Assembly: GCA_951406725.2 (NCBI GenBank)
Contig: OX597814.1
Coordinates: forward strand, 1,674,001 to 1,738,000
Direction: 5' to 3'
DNA from: Octopus vulgaris
Taxonomy: Eukaryota
Length of the DNA: 64,000 nucleotides
Part shown: positions 43,328 through 58,650 of the stretch, piece by piece
Position numbering within the stretch: the stretch's first letter is position 1
How the letters are laid out: every line of letters starts with the position of its first letter
Program-made: the position numbers and the translations under genes
Notes under the pieces: generated by a model
Seen by the model: the letters and a program-made list of their open reading frames with translations, nothing else
Database searches by the model: none
What the model was told of the DNA's origin: nothing

Positions 43328-43594
43328 CATACATATACATACATCTATGGGTGTCTTTGTGTCTTTTTGTCTCACCTCATCGGTTGACAACCGATGTTGG
43401 TGTATTTACGTCCTCAGTCCTTATCGGTTAGGTGAAAGAGACTGATAAAATAGGCAACAAACTTAAAAAAAGTATATAGGTCGATTCATTCGATTAACAC
43501 TCTTCAAGGTGGTGCCCCAGCATGGCCGCAGTCTAATGACTGGAACAAGCAACAGAAAGTCAAAAGAAGTATATATATGTATATATATACAGTC

Positions 43595-43666
<72 letters not shown>

Positions 43667-43721
43667 CATAATATATATGTATATATATATATATATAGCA
43701 AGGAACCCCACCATTTATTGA

Positions 43722-43761
<40 letters not shown>

Positions 43762-43848
43762 CGTACACACGCACAATATATTTATACATACATACATGTA
43801 TATGTGTGTATATATATATTATGTAGCAACAAAGAGAAATATACATAC

Positions 43849-43903
<55 letters not shown>

Positions 43904-44060
43904 AGACTGCATGCATGCGTGTTGGAATGATGTGGTATGTTCGTGTGTACTTTTGCATAGTTTTATATTTCCATTAAAATATATCGCTGCTGGAGTATTT
44001 TGTGTCTAAATGTATACACACACACATATAATTATATACATGCACATGCAAATATCTCTA

Positions 44061-44099
<39 letters not shown>

Positions 44100-44516
44100 G
44101 CGCCACACGCATATCTTTGTGTGTGACTGTGAGCAGAGCTAGTCATTCATCGCCTAAAGGTTATTTTGTGGAAAAATATAAATGCGGAATATAAATAAAA
44201 AATGAACGTCTATCAAAGCATTGTCTGCCCATCTTTGTTTCAAACTTCAGATGTCTTTGTCCAGCTGGAGATAAACTGTCACAACGAGTTGCTCATTAGA
44301 CAAATGATTCATTGTAAATGACCATAACACACTGTTGTCGCTGCTGCTGCTACTACCGCAGCTCCAAACGATGTCTCGTTTCCTTGCACCGTCTCTTTAT
44401 ATCTATAAATGTAATACACAATATGTCTGCCTATAATATTTTTTCAGCTCTGTCTCCCAACAACATCGTCTGTCCAATTCTGATAATCATTCAACTATAG
44501 CGAAAAGAAAAAGAAA

Positions 44517-44607
<91 letters not shown>

Positions 44608-44684
44608 TTCTGAAATATTTCATCAAATAAATCGCAGATTTACTTATTGCCTGAATAAAACATGTTCTATGGTATTATTTAAGT

Positions 44685-44735
<51 letters not shown>

Positions 44736-44754
44736 CTATGTATATATATCTATC

Positions 44755-44791
<37 letters not shown>

Positions 44792-44806
44792 CTATGTATA
44801 TACATA

Positions 44807-44873
<67 letters not shown>

Positions 44874-44880
44874 GTATATC

Positions 44881-44923
<43 letters not shown>

Positions 44924-44928
44924 CTATG

Positions 44929-44984
<56 letters not shown>

Positions 44985-45356
44985 TATATTTATATATATT
45001 TTTCATTAATATCGTTGCGTTTTTTATTGTCGTTCATAAACATTGTTTTATATTGTCTCTTCTTCTCCCAAATATGCTTAGTAATTTCAATCTGATCTAG
45101 TCGCCTGCAAGCATTCGTATATATTTGTTGGTCATGGAACCGGTAGAAATCACAAAACGGGCGTTTGCGTTGTCAGCCATGTTCTTTTATGTTTTTCTAC
45201 TTTCGTTCGTACACAGTCTTTTCAAGTTTTGTTATGGAAACAAGAGATAAGTAAAATCCACCATCTTTACCATTGACGCCTACAAATTATTTCTGTTGAT
45301 ACATGCACGGACACGGATGCACACAAACACACATAAATACTCGTATGTGTTTGTTG

Positions 45357-45391
<35 letters not shown>

Positions 45392-45407
45392 ATGTGTGTG
45401 AATCTCA

Positions 45408-45463
<56 letters not shown>

Positions 45464-45799
45464 GACAGGCTTCTTTCAGTTTCCGTCTACTAAATCCACA
45501 CACAAGGCTTTGGTCGGCCCGGGGCTATAGCAGAAGACACTTGCCCAAGATGCCACGCAGTGGGACTGAACCCGGAACCATGTGGTTGGTTAGCAAGCTA
45601 CTTACCACACAGCCACTCCTGCGCCTATATATATATATATAGTTCTGCTGGGTGCTTACCATGCGTTGACGAGAGGCAATTACCTTGAAACTATAGTCAA
45701 AAGAACTTTCACCTAATTAAATTACTTAAATTATTTTGTCAGCATTTTCTTCATTTCCCTTTTTTATATATCACAACTCGTGTTCCACATCTCCTTTTT

Positions 45800-45845
<46 letters not shown>

Positions 45846-46684
45846 CATAAAAGACATGAATCTTTTGTAAATAGGTCGTTCATTATGGGTCTGTTAAAAG
45901 ACATGAACGCGTTAAATAAAATAATTTTCATTCAAAATCCTTAAGATAACAACTGAAGCTTTATTCTCTGGAACGCCGCCATGAGTGATACATTACTTGC
46001 ACCATGTGGAAAATATTCCGCTAATATTATCCAAATGGTATTGGTATTGTGTTTACAATTCACCCAAGACTAGGCCCCTGCGCAATGCGTCCTCTACAAA
46101 GGTCGAGATCACATCACGTAAGAACATTGCGACACAATTTTTACACTGCAAATGGTCCTGCACTTTTTAAAGTTATCCCGAAAGAAATTAAAGTAGAAAA
46201 AACACTACAACTTTCAAATGGTACCTGGACAAATTCTTCCAGGAAATACCGGATAAACCACCCACACCTGGGTACGTCTCAGCCAACAACAACTTTCTGC
46301 TTGAGTGGCCCATGGTGTCCCGAAATAATTAACTAAAAGACTTTTTCAGGTGGTACTATTGAGTCAGTTTTGGCCTGGGCCGATAATGGCCGAAACCAGT
46401 CTAAGTTATCCAAGTTATAAACCACTTTAAGCAATCTAGACAAGTCCAGTTTGAACATCTGTGAATGTGTCTGCGCTTATTTTGTATCATAATATATATA
46501 TAAATGTAAATAATTAGTTTCAAATTTTGGTATAAAGCCAGAAGATTTAAGTGGGGTGGGGTAAGTTGATTACACTCAACCCAACGCTCAACTGGTACTT
46601 ATTTTATCGATCCCAAAACGATGAGGAGCAAAATTTGAATACAGAGCCTAAATATAAATTTAACATTGAGATGTGCTTATATAC

Positions 46685-46753
<69 letters not shown>

Positions 46754-46843
46754 TATATGCGCATACCAGTCTATATCTGTCTCTCCATTTGTGTATATAT
46801 ATATCTGTCTGTCTGTCTGTCTGTATGTATGTATGTATGTATG

Positions 46844-46901
<58 letters not shown>

Positions 46902-47171
46902 CATACATATACATACATCTATGGGTGTCTTTGTGTCTTTTTGTCTCACCTCATCGGTTGACAACCGATGTTGGTGTATTTACGTCCTCAGTCCTTATCG
47001 GTTAGGTGAAAGAGACTGATAAAATAGGCAACAAACTTAAAAAAAGTATATAGGTCGATTCATTCGATTAACACTCTTCAAGGTGGTGCCCCAGCATGGC
47101 CGCAGTCTAATGACTGGAACAAGCAACAGAAAGTCAAAAGAAGTATATATATGTATATATATAAGTCTAAG

Positions 47172-47230
<59 letters not shown>

Positions 47231-47295
47231 TATATATATACATAATATATATGTATATATATATATATATAGCAAGGAACCCCACCATTTATTGA

Positions 47296-47335
<40 letters not shown>

Positions 47336-47424
47336 AACGTACACACGCACAATATATTTATACATACATACATGTATATGTGTGTATATATATATTATGT
47401 AGCAACAAAGAGAAATATACATAC

Positions 47425-47473
<49 letters not shown>

Positions 47474-47630
47474 AGACTGCATGCATGCGTGTTGGAATGA
47501 TGTGGTATGTTCGTGTGTACTTTTGCATAGTTTTATATTTCCATTAAAATATATCGCTGCTGGAGTATTTTGTGTCTAAATGTATACACACACACATATA
47601 ATTATATACATGCACATGCAAATATCTCTA

Positions 47631-47669
<39 letters not shown>

Positions 47670-48086
47670 GCGCCACACGCATATCTTTGTGTGTGACTGT
47701 GAGCAGAGCTAGTCATTCATCGCCTAAAGGTTATTTTGTGGAAAAATATAAATGCGGAATATAAATAAAAAATGAACGTCTATCAAAGCATTGTCTGCCC
47801 ATCTTTGTTTCAAACTTCAGATGTCTTTGTCCAGCTGGAGATAAACTGTCACAACGAGTTGCTCATTAGACAAATGATTCATTGTAAATGACCATAACAC
47901 ACTGTTGTCGCTGCTGCTGCTACTACCGCAGCTCCAAACGATGTCTCGTTTCCTTGCACCGTCTCTTTATATCTATAAATGTAATACACAATATGTCTGC
48001 CTATAATATTTTTTCAGCTCTGTCTCCCAACAACATCGTCTGTCCAATTCTGATAATCATTCAACTATAGCGAAAAGAAAAAGAAA

Positions 48087-48180
<94 letters not shown>

Positions 48181-48257
48181 TTCTGAAATATTTCATCAAA
48201 TAAATCGCAGATTTACTTATTGCCTGAATAAAACATGTTCTATGGTATTATTTAAGT

Positions 48258-48307
<50 letters not shown>

Positions 48308-48332
48308 GTATATCTATGTATATATATCTATC

Positions 48333-48369
<37 letters not shown>

Positions 48370-48384
48370 CTATGTATATACATA

Positions 48385-48457
<73 letters not shown>

Positions 48458-48458
48458 C

Positions 48459-48499
<41 letters not shown>

Positions 48500-48504
48500 C
48501 TATG

Positions 48505-48535
<31 letters not shown>

Positions 48536-48931
48536 ATATATATTATATTTATATATTTATATTTATATATATTTTTCATTAATATCGTTGCGTTTTTTAT
48601 TGTCGTTCATAAACATTGTTTTATATTGTCTCTTCTTCTCCCAAATATGCTTAGTAATTTCAATCTGATCTAGTCGCCTGCAAGCATTCGTATATATTTG
48701 TTGGTCATGGAACCGGTAGAAATCACAAAACGGGCGTTTGCGTTGTCAGCCATGTTCTTTTATGTTTTTCTACTTTCGTTCGTACACAGTCTTTTCAAGT
48801 TTTGTTATGGAAACAAGAGATAAGTAAAATCCACCATCTTTACCATTGACGCCTACAAATTATTTCTGTTGATACATGCACGGACACGGATGCACACAAA
48901 CACACATAAATACTCGTATGTGTTTGTTGGG

Positions 48932-48962
<31 letters not shown>

Positions 48963-48975
48963 ATGTGTGTGAATC

Positions 48976-49040
<65 letters not shown>
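41860..49040. repeat. Near-identical tandem duplication, ~3.57 kb x2
   Basis: 41883 aligns to 45462 and 45391 to 48962; ORFs 42407/45985, 42471/46049, 44318/47888 are identical. Confidence 0.95.
42370..42840 (+). pseudogene. CR1-type LINE ORF2 C-terminus and tail (duplicated at ~45948-46418)
   Basis: LKLYSLERR..GPALFKVIPKEI..LDKFFQEIPDKPPTPGY; TCTAAGTTAT tail. Confidence 0.8.
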
Positions 49041-49043
<3 letters not shown>

Positions 49044-49432
49044 CTTTTATTTTTTATTTGTTTCAGTCATTTTGACTGCGGCCATGCTGGAGCAAAGCCT
49101 TTAGTCGGGCAGGTAGATCCCAGGACTTATTTTTTGTAAGCCTAGTACTTATTCTATCGGTCTTACGCCGAAGCGCTAAGTTGCGGGGACGTAAAGAAAC
49201 CAGTATCGGTTGTCAAGCGATGTTGGGGACACATACATACAAACACACACACTTATATATATATATATATACGACGGGCTTCTTTCAGTTTCCGTCTACC
49301 AAAACCACTCCCAAGGCTTTGGTCGGCTCAAGACTATAGTAGAAGACACTTGCCCAAGGTACCACGCAGTGGGACTGAACCTGGAACCTTGTGGTTGGTT
49401 AGAAAGCTTCTTACCACACAGCCACTCCTGCG
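49040..49432 (-). mobile_element. SINE A
   Basis: Family match. Confidence 0.85.
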
Positions 49433-49653
49433 CATACATATATATATTGTATGTATATATGTTTATATATATATATATATATATACATTACATATGTGTA
49501 TATGTATATATATATAAAATACAGTGCACATTTAAACACATAAGAGATGACTATAATTGGACATCTGACTCACTAGAAATAGCAGTTAAACTACAAATCA
49601 CTAATAGTTGTAATTCTGAAAGGGAATGAAAAATAAAAACTTTTACCCTATCT

Positions 49654-49742
49654 TTCCTGGACTATGCATAGTTTCGGCAATCTTTAGCAAATGAAATAAA
49701 ATAATTTTAATTTACAATTGGCGTTGCCATCTTCAGCAGGAA
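49654..49742 (-). ncRNA. Type I hammerhead ribozyme, intact core and stems
   Basis: Revcomp TTCCTG-CTGAAGA-T-GGCAA..TTGCC-GAAA-CTATGCATA-GTC/CAGGAA. Confidence 0.85.
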
Positions 49743-50160
49743 GCCAAGGCTAAGGCTAACATATAGACACGGTGTGATAAAGAACATGCCTCGTGTTTAT
49801 ATGTTATAATTCTTTAAAATCCATCGCGCACGCGCGGTTTTTTCGGCAGTAAATACAATTGCCGATTTTCTTTCAAAATTAGCCAAAAAACCTTTTATCA
49901 TTAATTAATAAATCTTAGGGAAGCAAAAAAGTTTTTTTTAAAATTCTTTGCTACCAGTGGTCTAGGGAGAAGGAAAAGATTTAGGCAATAGACTATATAT
50001 TATTCATATAAAAATACAGTTGTACATTTAAGCACATAAGAGATGACCATGGTGGTGTAAACAATTGGCTTTGGACAAATACATGTATTGTATGATATGC
50101 ACATTCGCATTTTGTACGCCCTGATGTGTGTGTACGCATATGTGTGCATATATGTGTTTA

Positions 50161-50319
50161 GGTGCAGGTGTAGCTGTGTTGTAAGGAGATTGTTTCTTCA
50201 CCTAAAATTCTAGGGATCAATTCCACCATGTGGAAACTTGAACAGGAGTCTTCTAATACAAGTTCGGAACGAGTGGGTTTGGTACATGGAAATTGAAAGA
50301 AGCACATCATGTATATATG

Positions 50320-50381
<62 letters not shown>

Positions 50382-50585
50382 GTGTCTGTGTTTGTTCTTC
50401 ACCACCGATTGACACCGCTGTTGAAGTATTTACGTCCCTGTAACTTAGCGGTTTGGCAAAAGTAAACGATGTAATAAGTACAGCTCTTAAAATTAAGTAG
50501 GAACTGGAATTGATTTGTTCGACTAAAATTTCTTCAAGGCAGTGCCCCGGCATGGCACAGTCTGACAGCGGAAACATGTAAAGAT
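50161..50585 (+). mobile_element. Old diverged SINE A
   Basis: Head, internal (TG)n and tail recognisable. Confidence 0.7.
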
Positions 50586-50762
50586 AACACGGACAGACAG
50601 ACACACACAAGTTACACATGTATATATATCTTCCGTCCTTCGGCGGGTTTTGTTTTCAACCCGGAGCATATAAAATCTTCCTCCTACCCAACTACAATTG
50701 GTGGGGTGGACGATTTAGTCACTGACGACCTCACCGTTCATATATATATATAAGCATGTGTA

Positions 50763-50868
<106 letters not shown>

Positions 50869-51747
50869 TATACATATGTATGTATGTATTGAGAGAGAGA
50901 GAGCGAGAGAGATATGTGTGTATGTATATATGTATATATATATATATATATATATGTTATATACATATATATATACCTATATATATATATATATATATAT
51001 ATGTATTTACACGTATATATACACATAAATACATATATATAAATACACACAAATACTGACATATATGTAAATACTTGTGTTTCATAAGTATATGTTTCCG
51101 TGTATATATGTGTGTGTGTGCATATATAAATTGACATCAGTGTATATATTCATGAAGATAAGTAAATCTATGTATATGTATAGATATATGTAGATATACA
51201 TTTTTATGCATATACAGACATTAGTATGAATATGTGTTTGTGTGTGTGTGTGTGTTGGAAAGTGTATTTATGTGTGTGAGCTCATCTGTATGTACTTCGT
51301 GTTTAAAGGATGAATAGAGATAAGAACTCGATGAAGATCCTTTATATACTTCCTGGAGACAAAAAAAAAATAGTGGAAACGAAATGTGGAACAGAAAAAA
51401 AAACCAAAAATGAAAAGCAAAAAAAGGAAACTGCTCAAGAGTACTGCCATCTCCACACGCACACTACATTCTCCCACCTAAAGCATCATCATCATCATCA
51501 TCATCATCACCATCATCATCATCATTACCACCATCATCATCCTCATCATTATCATCCACATCATCATCACCACCACCACCATATCATCATCATCATCATC
51601 ATCATCAACAACACCAGCACCACCACAATCATCATCATCATCATAAATACGACCATCACCATCATCATCATCATCATCATCATTACAGTCATCACCACCA
51701 CCACCACCACCACCACCACCACCACCACCACCACCACCACCACCACC

Positions 51748-51779
<32 letters not shown>

Positions 51780-51960
51780 CAACAACACCATCATCATCAT
51801 CATCAACAACAACGTGAATAACTGAACAGCGTTAGTAAAATACATTCAAACGAGGAAAAAAAAAACAAAAAAATTCCCAGAAAAACTTTTGAAACAAACC
51901 GAACAAAGGAAAATGCAGAAGTTGCTGTTGTTGTTGTTGTTGTTGTTGTTGTTTTTTACA

Positions 51961-51991
<31 letters not shown>

Positions 51992-52103
51992 TATGTAAAC
52001 TAGAGGATATGTGGAACAAAGAACACAACTTGGGAACATTAAAAAACTATCACTGAGTGAAAAGGAAAAAAAGAGCTGAACTATAAAAGCCAAAAGAAAG
52101 CAT

Positions 52104-52104
<1 letters not shown>

Positions 52105-52184
<80 letters not shown>

Positions 52185-52208
52185 TGAATAATAATATGAA
52201 TAATAGTA

Positions 52209-52280
<72 letters not shown>

Positions 52281-52343
52281 TGAATAATAATATGAATAAT
52301 AGTATTAATAATAATAATAATAGTAATAATAATAATAATAATA

Positions 52344-52374
<31 letters not shown>

Positions 52375-52400
52375 TATGAATAATAATATGAATAATAGTA

Positions 52401-52472
<72 letters not shown>

Positions 52473-52559
52473 TGAATAATAATATGAATAATAGTATGAA
52501 TAATAATAATAATAGTAATAATAATAATAATAATAATAGTAATAATAATAATAATAATA

Positions 52560-52625
<66 letters not shown>

Positions 52626-52649
52626 TGAATAATAATATGAATAATAGTA

Positions 52650-52721
<72 letters not shown>

Positions 52722-52745
52722 TGAATAATAATATGAATAATAGTA

Positions 52746-52823
<78 letters not shown>

Positions 52824-53038
52824 TGAATAATAATATGAATAATAGTATGAATAATAATAATAATAATAATAATAATGATAAAAATAATAATATGAATAAT
52901 AATAATAATGGTGATGATGATGATGATGATGAGGATAATGATGATGATGATGATGATGATGATGAGGAGGAGGAGGAGGAGGAGGAGGAGGATAATGATA
53001 ATGATAATAATAATGAAAACAGTAATAATGATAATAAT

Positions 53039-53085
<47 letters not shown>

Positions 53086-53186
53086 TAATAATATTAATAA
53101 TAATAATAATAATAATAATAATGATAATAATAATGATAATGATGATAACAACAACAACAACAACAACAATAATAATAAGAATTATA

Positions 53187-53230
<44 letters not shown>

Positions 53231-53280
53231 AATAATAATAATAATAATAATAATAATTTTGATAATAATAATAATAATAG
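52105..53280. repeat. (AAT)n array with higher-order unit, grading into (GAT/GAG/AAC)n
   Basis: Direct reading; source of 362-473 aa poly-N/I/L pseudo-ORFs. Confidence 0.95.
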
Positions 53281-53295
53281 CGAAAACGCAGTGGA

Positions 53296-53345
<50 letters not shown>

Positions 53346-53765
53346 TAGTATGTGTTATGCATTCGGTGTATCACCATTGGAATATCACCTGCACACCTTG
53401 CAGGTTCGTTTAGATTCTCTTTGATAAATGACTGAGTGTTTTACCTGAGTGTGTTCTCACAACCTCCCACCTCTGGAAAAAAAAGGGGAAAAAAAATCAA
53501 GCGGTCACATGACATTGTCATTTGATGCCCACATAAAATTCCTTATGACTGTCTTATAAGCAAACTGGTTGAAAGTGCATTAGCGCGTGCACACACACTC
53601 ACACGCATATGCATTCATATGCATATCTTTTATCTTTTGCGTGTTTCAGTCGTCACGCTGCAGCCATGCTGGGGCACCGCCTTGTAGAGGTGTGTTAGTG
53701 GGGTGAATAGACAGCTGGTACTTATTTTATCGGTGACTTTTGCCGATACACACACGCACACACAG

Positions 53766-53819
<54 letters not shown>

Positions 53820-53918
53820 CGGCGTTCTTTCGGTTTCCGTCTAGCAAATCTAGCCACAAAAGGTTTGGTCGGCCTGAGGCTTGTTATTCTCTGTATCTCT
53901 TTATATATACATATACAC

Positions 53919-53960
<42 letters not shown>

Positions 53961-54201
53961 CGGGAAGCTTTATGAAAATAGACAAAAGACGAAGGCAGGT
54001 TTACGGAAATAAACAAAAAGACGAAGGCAGGTGGAATACAAACAAACACTTGTATTAGTATGACGCTCAGGAAATATAAAATAAAACAAGTCTTTAACGT
54101 TTCCAGCCTACGCTCTTCAACAGAAAGATACACAGAGAAAAAAAACACAGAAAGAAGGAGAGAAAAAAAATTTGCGTGCAGAAGCTAGCGAATCAACATG
54201 G

Positions 54202-54256
<55 letters not shown>

Positions 54257-54340
54257 TATATGTATTTTTATGTGTATGTAAAGAGATACAGAGAGAATAA
54301 CAAGCAGGAAAGCATGTTTCAATTGTTCATATGTATGTAT

Positions 54341-54372
<32 letters not shown>

Positions 54373-54686
54373 GGAAGAAGAAAAGAAGGTGTAGATTAAA
54401 AAGTTAATAATCGTTTATTATTAACAGCCAACTGGTCATCACTTACAGCCGTTTCAATTAATAGGAGAAATTTGCAGTTAATAATAAACAATTACTAACT
54501 GCCTAATATCCGTTTTCTTTTCTTCCTGTAAATGAATATAAACTATATGTTTTTATATATACTCGTTATTTTAAGAAAATTCATTCCCCAAGAATACTAG
54601 GTATTGAACCAGTATTTCCTTGGATGAAACCGAGGTTAATACATCCTCTAATTAAATTACATACACACACACACACACACACACAA

Positions 54687-54813
<127 letters not shown>

Positions 54814-54928
54814 CACACATATATGTATATATGTATATATACACACACACATATATGTAAATACACACATATCCATGTATACATCTAAATCTACCTATGT
54901 AGCTTTATGCACATATAATCATATACTT

Positions 54929-54962
<34 letters not shown>

Positions 54963-55239
54963 TTCCGGCGTAATTTATAGGAGGCACCCTTTGAATGTTT
55001 ACAAGTCTCGCTTGACTGTTGCTAAACCACGGTATCCGCCCCATCAAAATCATTAATGCTGTATTTAGTAGTATATTTTGTAGAAGTTTTGATATTCATG
55101 CCTTTCCTCTGATCTTAGTATTTTATGGCTGAAGGTAAGATTCGAAAGTAGATGTTAGATTCTACGAGCAAGGAGTTTGTGGTGTAAAACACAATACTGT
55201 ATTAAGATGGTTGTTTTGCTTCTCGGATCAAAATTGGTC

Positions 55240-55710
55240 ATACATACATACATACATACATACATGCATACATACATACATACATACATACATACATGCA
55301 TTCATACATACATACATACATACATACATACATACATACATACATACATACATACATACATGCATACTTACAAACATACATACATACATACATAAATACA
55401 TACATACATACATACATACATACATACATACATACATACATTCATACATACATACATACATACACACACATTCATACATACATACATACCAACATACATA
55501 CATTCATACATACATACATACACACATACATACATACATACATACATACATACATTCATACATACATACATACCAACATACATACATTCATACATACATA
55601 CATACACACACACATACATACATACATACATACATTTCATACATACATTCATACATACATACATACATACATACATACATACATACATACATACATACAT
55701 ACATACATAC
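55240..55710. repeat. (CATA)n array
   Basis: Direct reading. Confidence 0.95.
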
Positions 55711-57126
55711 AATCCCAAGCATATACATGGGCTCTTGTGAATTTATATGTTCTGAGAAATATCTGAGATTAAATAAGAATTGAAAATCCAAAGTTGAAAA
55801 ATTGTTTAAAAAATTGGCCACTGACTAATGAATGCAAGATGTTAATATGTATTTCACATTCGTTATGAAAGCGTAAGCTAATTTTAATGATCGGTTTTCT
55901 TAAATATTTTCCGTTGAGATAACTAAAGAATTTCAGATGGCTGAAGAAATATTTTCAAAGGTTGAAAATTTCTGCAAAATAATATAAGACGCGTTTAGGA
56001 AGAGAAGAAATTGCAAAGGGTTCGTTTTCAATAGGAAAATCTCCTTATCTTTTGCCTGTAAAACCGTGGGGATTTTACCGGAACGACCAAAGGAAGTCAT
56101 TTCAGTGCTTTCCAAGACAAACCAGCAATCACAGCCTAGAGCGGCTTTATCGAATGATTACACAAAAGTAGCCGCTTATCTCTCGACTAAACAAGGTGGT
56201 GCCATGGGAGACTTTACTCAGATTGGATATTGCCTGAAGACATTTAAAATCCAGTATGGATGTCGGAAAGAATATTCTTGTTATAGCTTTTTCTTTGCCT
56301 TTACCACAAATTTACTGCATCCAATATGTGCATTTTAAGCCGTGTGTTGTTGCAGCTATCTGTATGCAGTGAATTGTGTTTTGAGAGGAAGGTAAAGCTG
56401 TCAATATAGAGCACCGTTCACTGAAACAAGGACTTGCCATGTTACATCTCAACAACTGGTTTAGGTTTAGGTGTTGTGGCTGGCTACATCTAGTCAACCG
56501 TGAAAGCTATCTCGCTGCTGGTGCTCTTATCGTTTCAACAACGACTAAATCATGGAAGTTTCGCGCCTGTGTTACGTAAATGTTTATAACATTGAAAGAG
56601 ATTAGTGAGTCAGAAATCTCTGTATGAATAAATTAATCGAATCAAAGAAAAATAAATAATTTCACTTGTAAATTCGATTCCCAAAAGAGAAAGAATTTCG
56701 CTGCCATTTTTTATGTCTGCCATTCCTTGCCGTTCTTCGAGAAATAGGAAACAAGACAGAGTTAGTGGCGTTCTTTTATAGATTTACAAACAACAGCATT
56801 TATTTAATCCATAAACCATTTTAAAGCAACGGAAATCATTGCAATCAATGGCTGCATTTTACTGGACATGAGATTATTAACTTTGGTTAATTAGTTTTTG
56901 GTAGAAGGATATATCCATTAATAAATACACACAGACATAGACACACAGATACAGATAGACAGACAGACAGTCAGGCACAAAAACACACATGCGTGTAGTT
57001 ATAGATATAAGGTAGAATTATGCTTTCGTTTCTGACGATCACGTGTGATCTCCATAAATGGGGCATTTCCGCAACGAATGAATAATTAGTACTAAGAACA
57101 TTATCTATCTGTCTATCTGTCTATCC

Positions 57127-57286
<160 letters not shown>

Positions 57287-57310
57287 GTCTGTCTATCTGT
57301 CTATCCATCC

Positions 57311-57379
<69 letters not shown>

Positions 57380-57483
57380 CCTATCTATCTATCTGTCTAT
57401 GTATGTATGTATGTATGTATGTATGTATGTATGTATCTATCTATCTATCTATCTATATGAGGCCGAGGCCGTGGCGTCTCTTA

Positions 57484-57576
<93 letters not shown>

Positions 57577-57617
57577 CATCATTATTATTATTGTTATTAT
57601 TATTATTATTATTATTA

Positions 57618-57666
<49 letters not shown>

Positions 57667-57788
57667 CCTCATTTTATATCCATCTCGCGTGATTTGATTC
57701 TCTCTAAAAGACGCTCCAATATAGCTGCAACCCATCGACTCAAATCGCTAACAGAATAGAATAATGTACATGCATGCATATACGTATC

Positions 57789-57861
<73 letters not shown>

Positions 57862-57887
57862 ATATATATATATGTATGTATGTATGC

Positions 57888-57921
<34 letters not shown>

Positions 57922-58058
57922 TTAAATAATTAGAGTAAAAATTGGTATTAATTAGATTAATATCAATTTTAACCATTGGCCTAGCACATTGAAAAAGATC
58001 TGAAAATTCATAAAATTATATTACATACATATAAGAGGAGAGACCACTAGGTTGATTA

Positions 58059-58185
58059 CTAATATGCCAAATGCAGACCCCATATGGTCTGACCACTAAG
58101 AAAAGATTGTTCTCAAGAACGAATTTTCTTGAGAACAATTTTTCTTAGTGGTCAGACCATATGGGGTCTACATTTGGCATATTAG
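58059..58185. repeat. ~60-bp-arm foldback hairpin
   Basis: CTAATATGCC..TCTCAAGAA / TTCTTGAGA..GGCATATTAG. Confidence 0.9.
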
Positions 58186-58259
58186 GAGTCTTCTTAGATA
58201 TATATTCATATATGTATATACATACATATATATATATTTTTTTTTCATAAAGCTTCCCG

Positions 58260-58304
<45 letters not shown>

Positions 58305-58305
<1 letters not shown>

Positions 58306-58578
58306 TGTTGTGTCTGGGGAGAGTCATTTTCTTTTTGTGCCTTATAATTTAACACATTCACCAGTAAAATTTCCACTTATTTCTTATTTTTATTTTCCTA
58401 AAATTTTCGTTGCATCTTGCAACCTTTTCAATAGTCTTGACTATTGAAAGACTATTGAAAAGTTTACAAGACGCAGCAAAAATTTTAGGAAAATAAAAAT
58501 AAGAAATAAGTGGAAATTTTACCAGTGAGTGTGTTAAATTATAAGGCACAAAACGAGAATGACTCTCCCAGACAACAG
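58305..58578. repeat. ~130-bp-arm foldback hairpin
   Basis: CTGTTG..TTTTCAATAGTCTT / AAGACTATTGAAAA..CAACAG. Confidence 0.9.
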
Positions 58579-58650
58579 AATATGCTTCAACACACGAACT
58601 CATATAAAGAATCTTGCAAACCAAATCCACAAACGAAATATATATATATA

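Noticed and set aside
51310-51825. Poly-His ORF
   Set aside because: (CAT)n/(CAC)n microsatellite
51956-53413. Longest ORFs (473, 409, 362 aa)
   Set aside because: Trinucleotide repeat translations open in several frames on both strands; no domain or splice evidence
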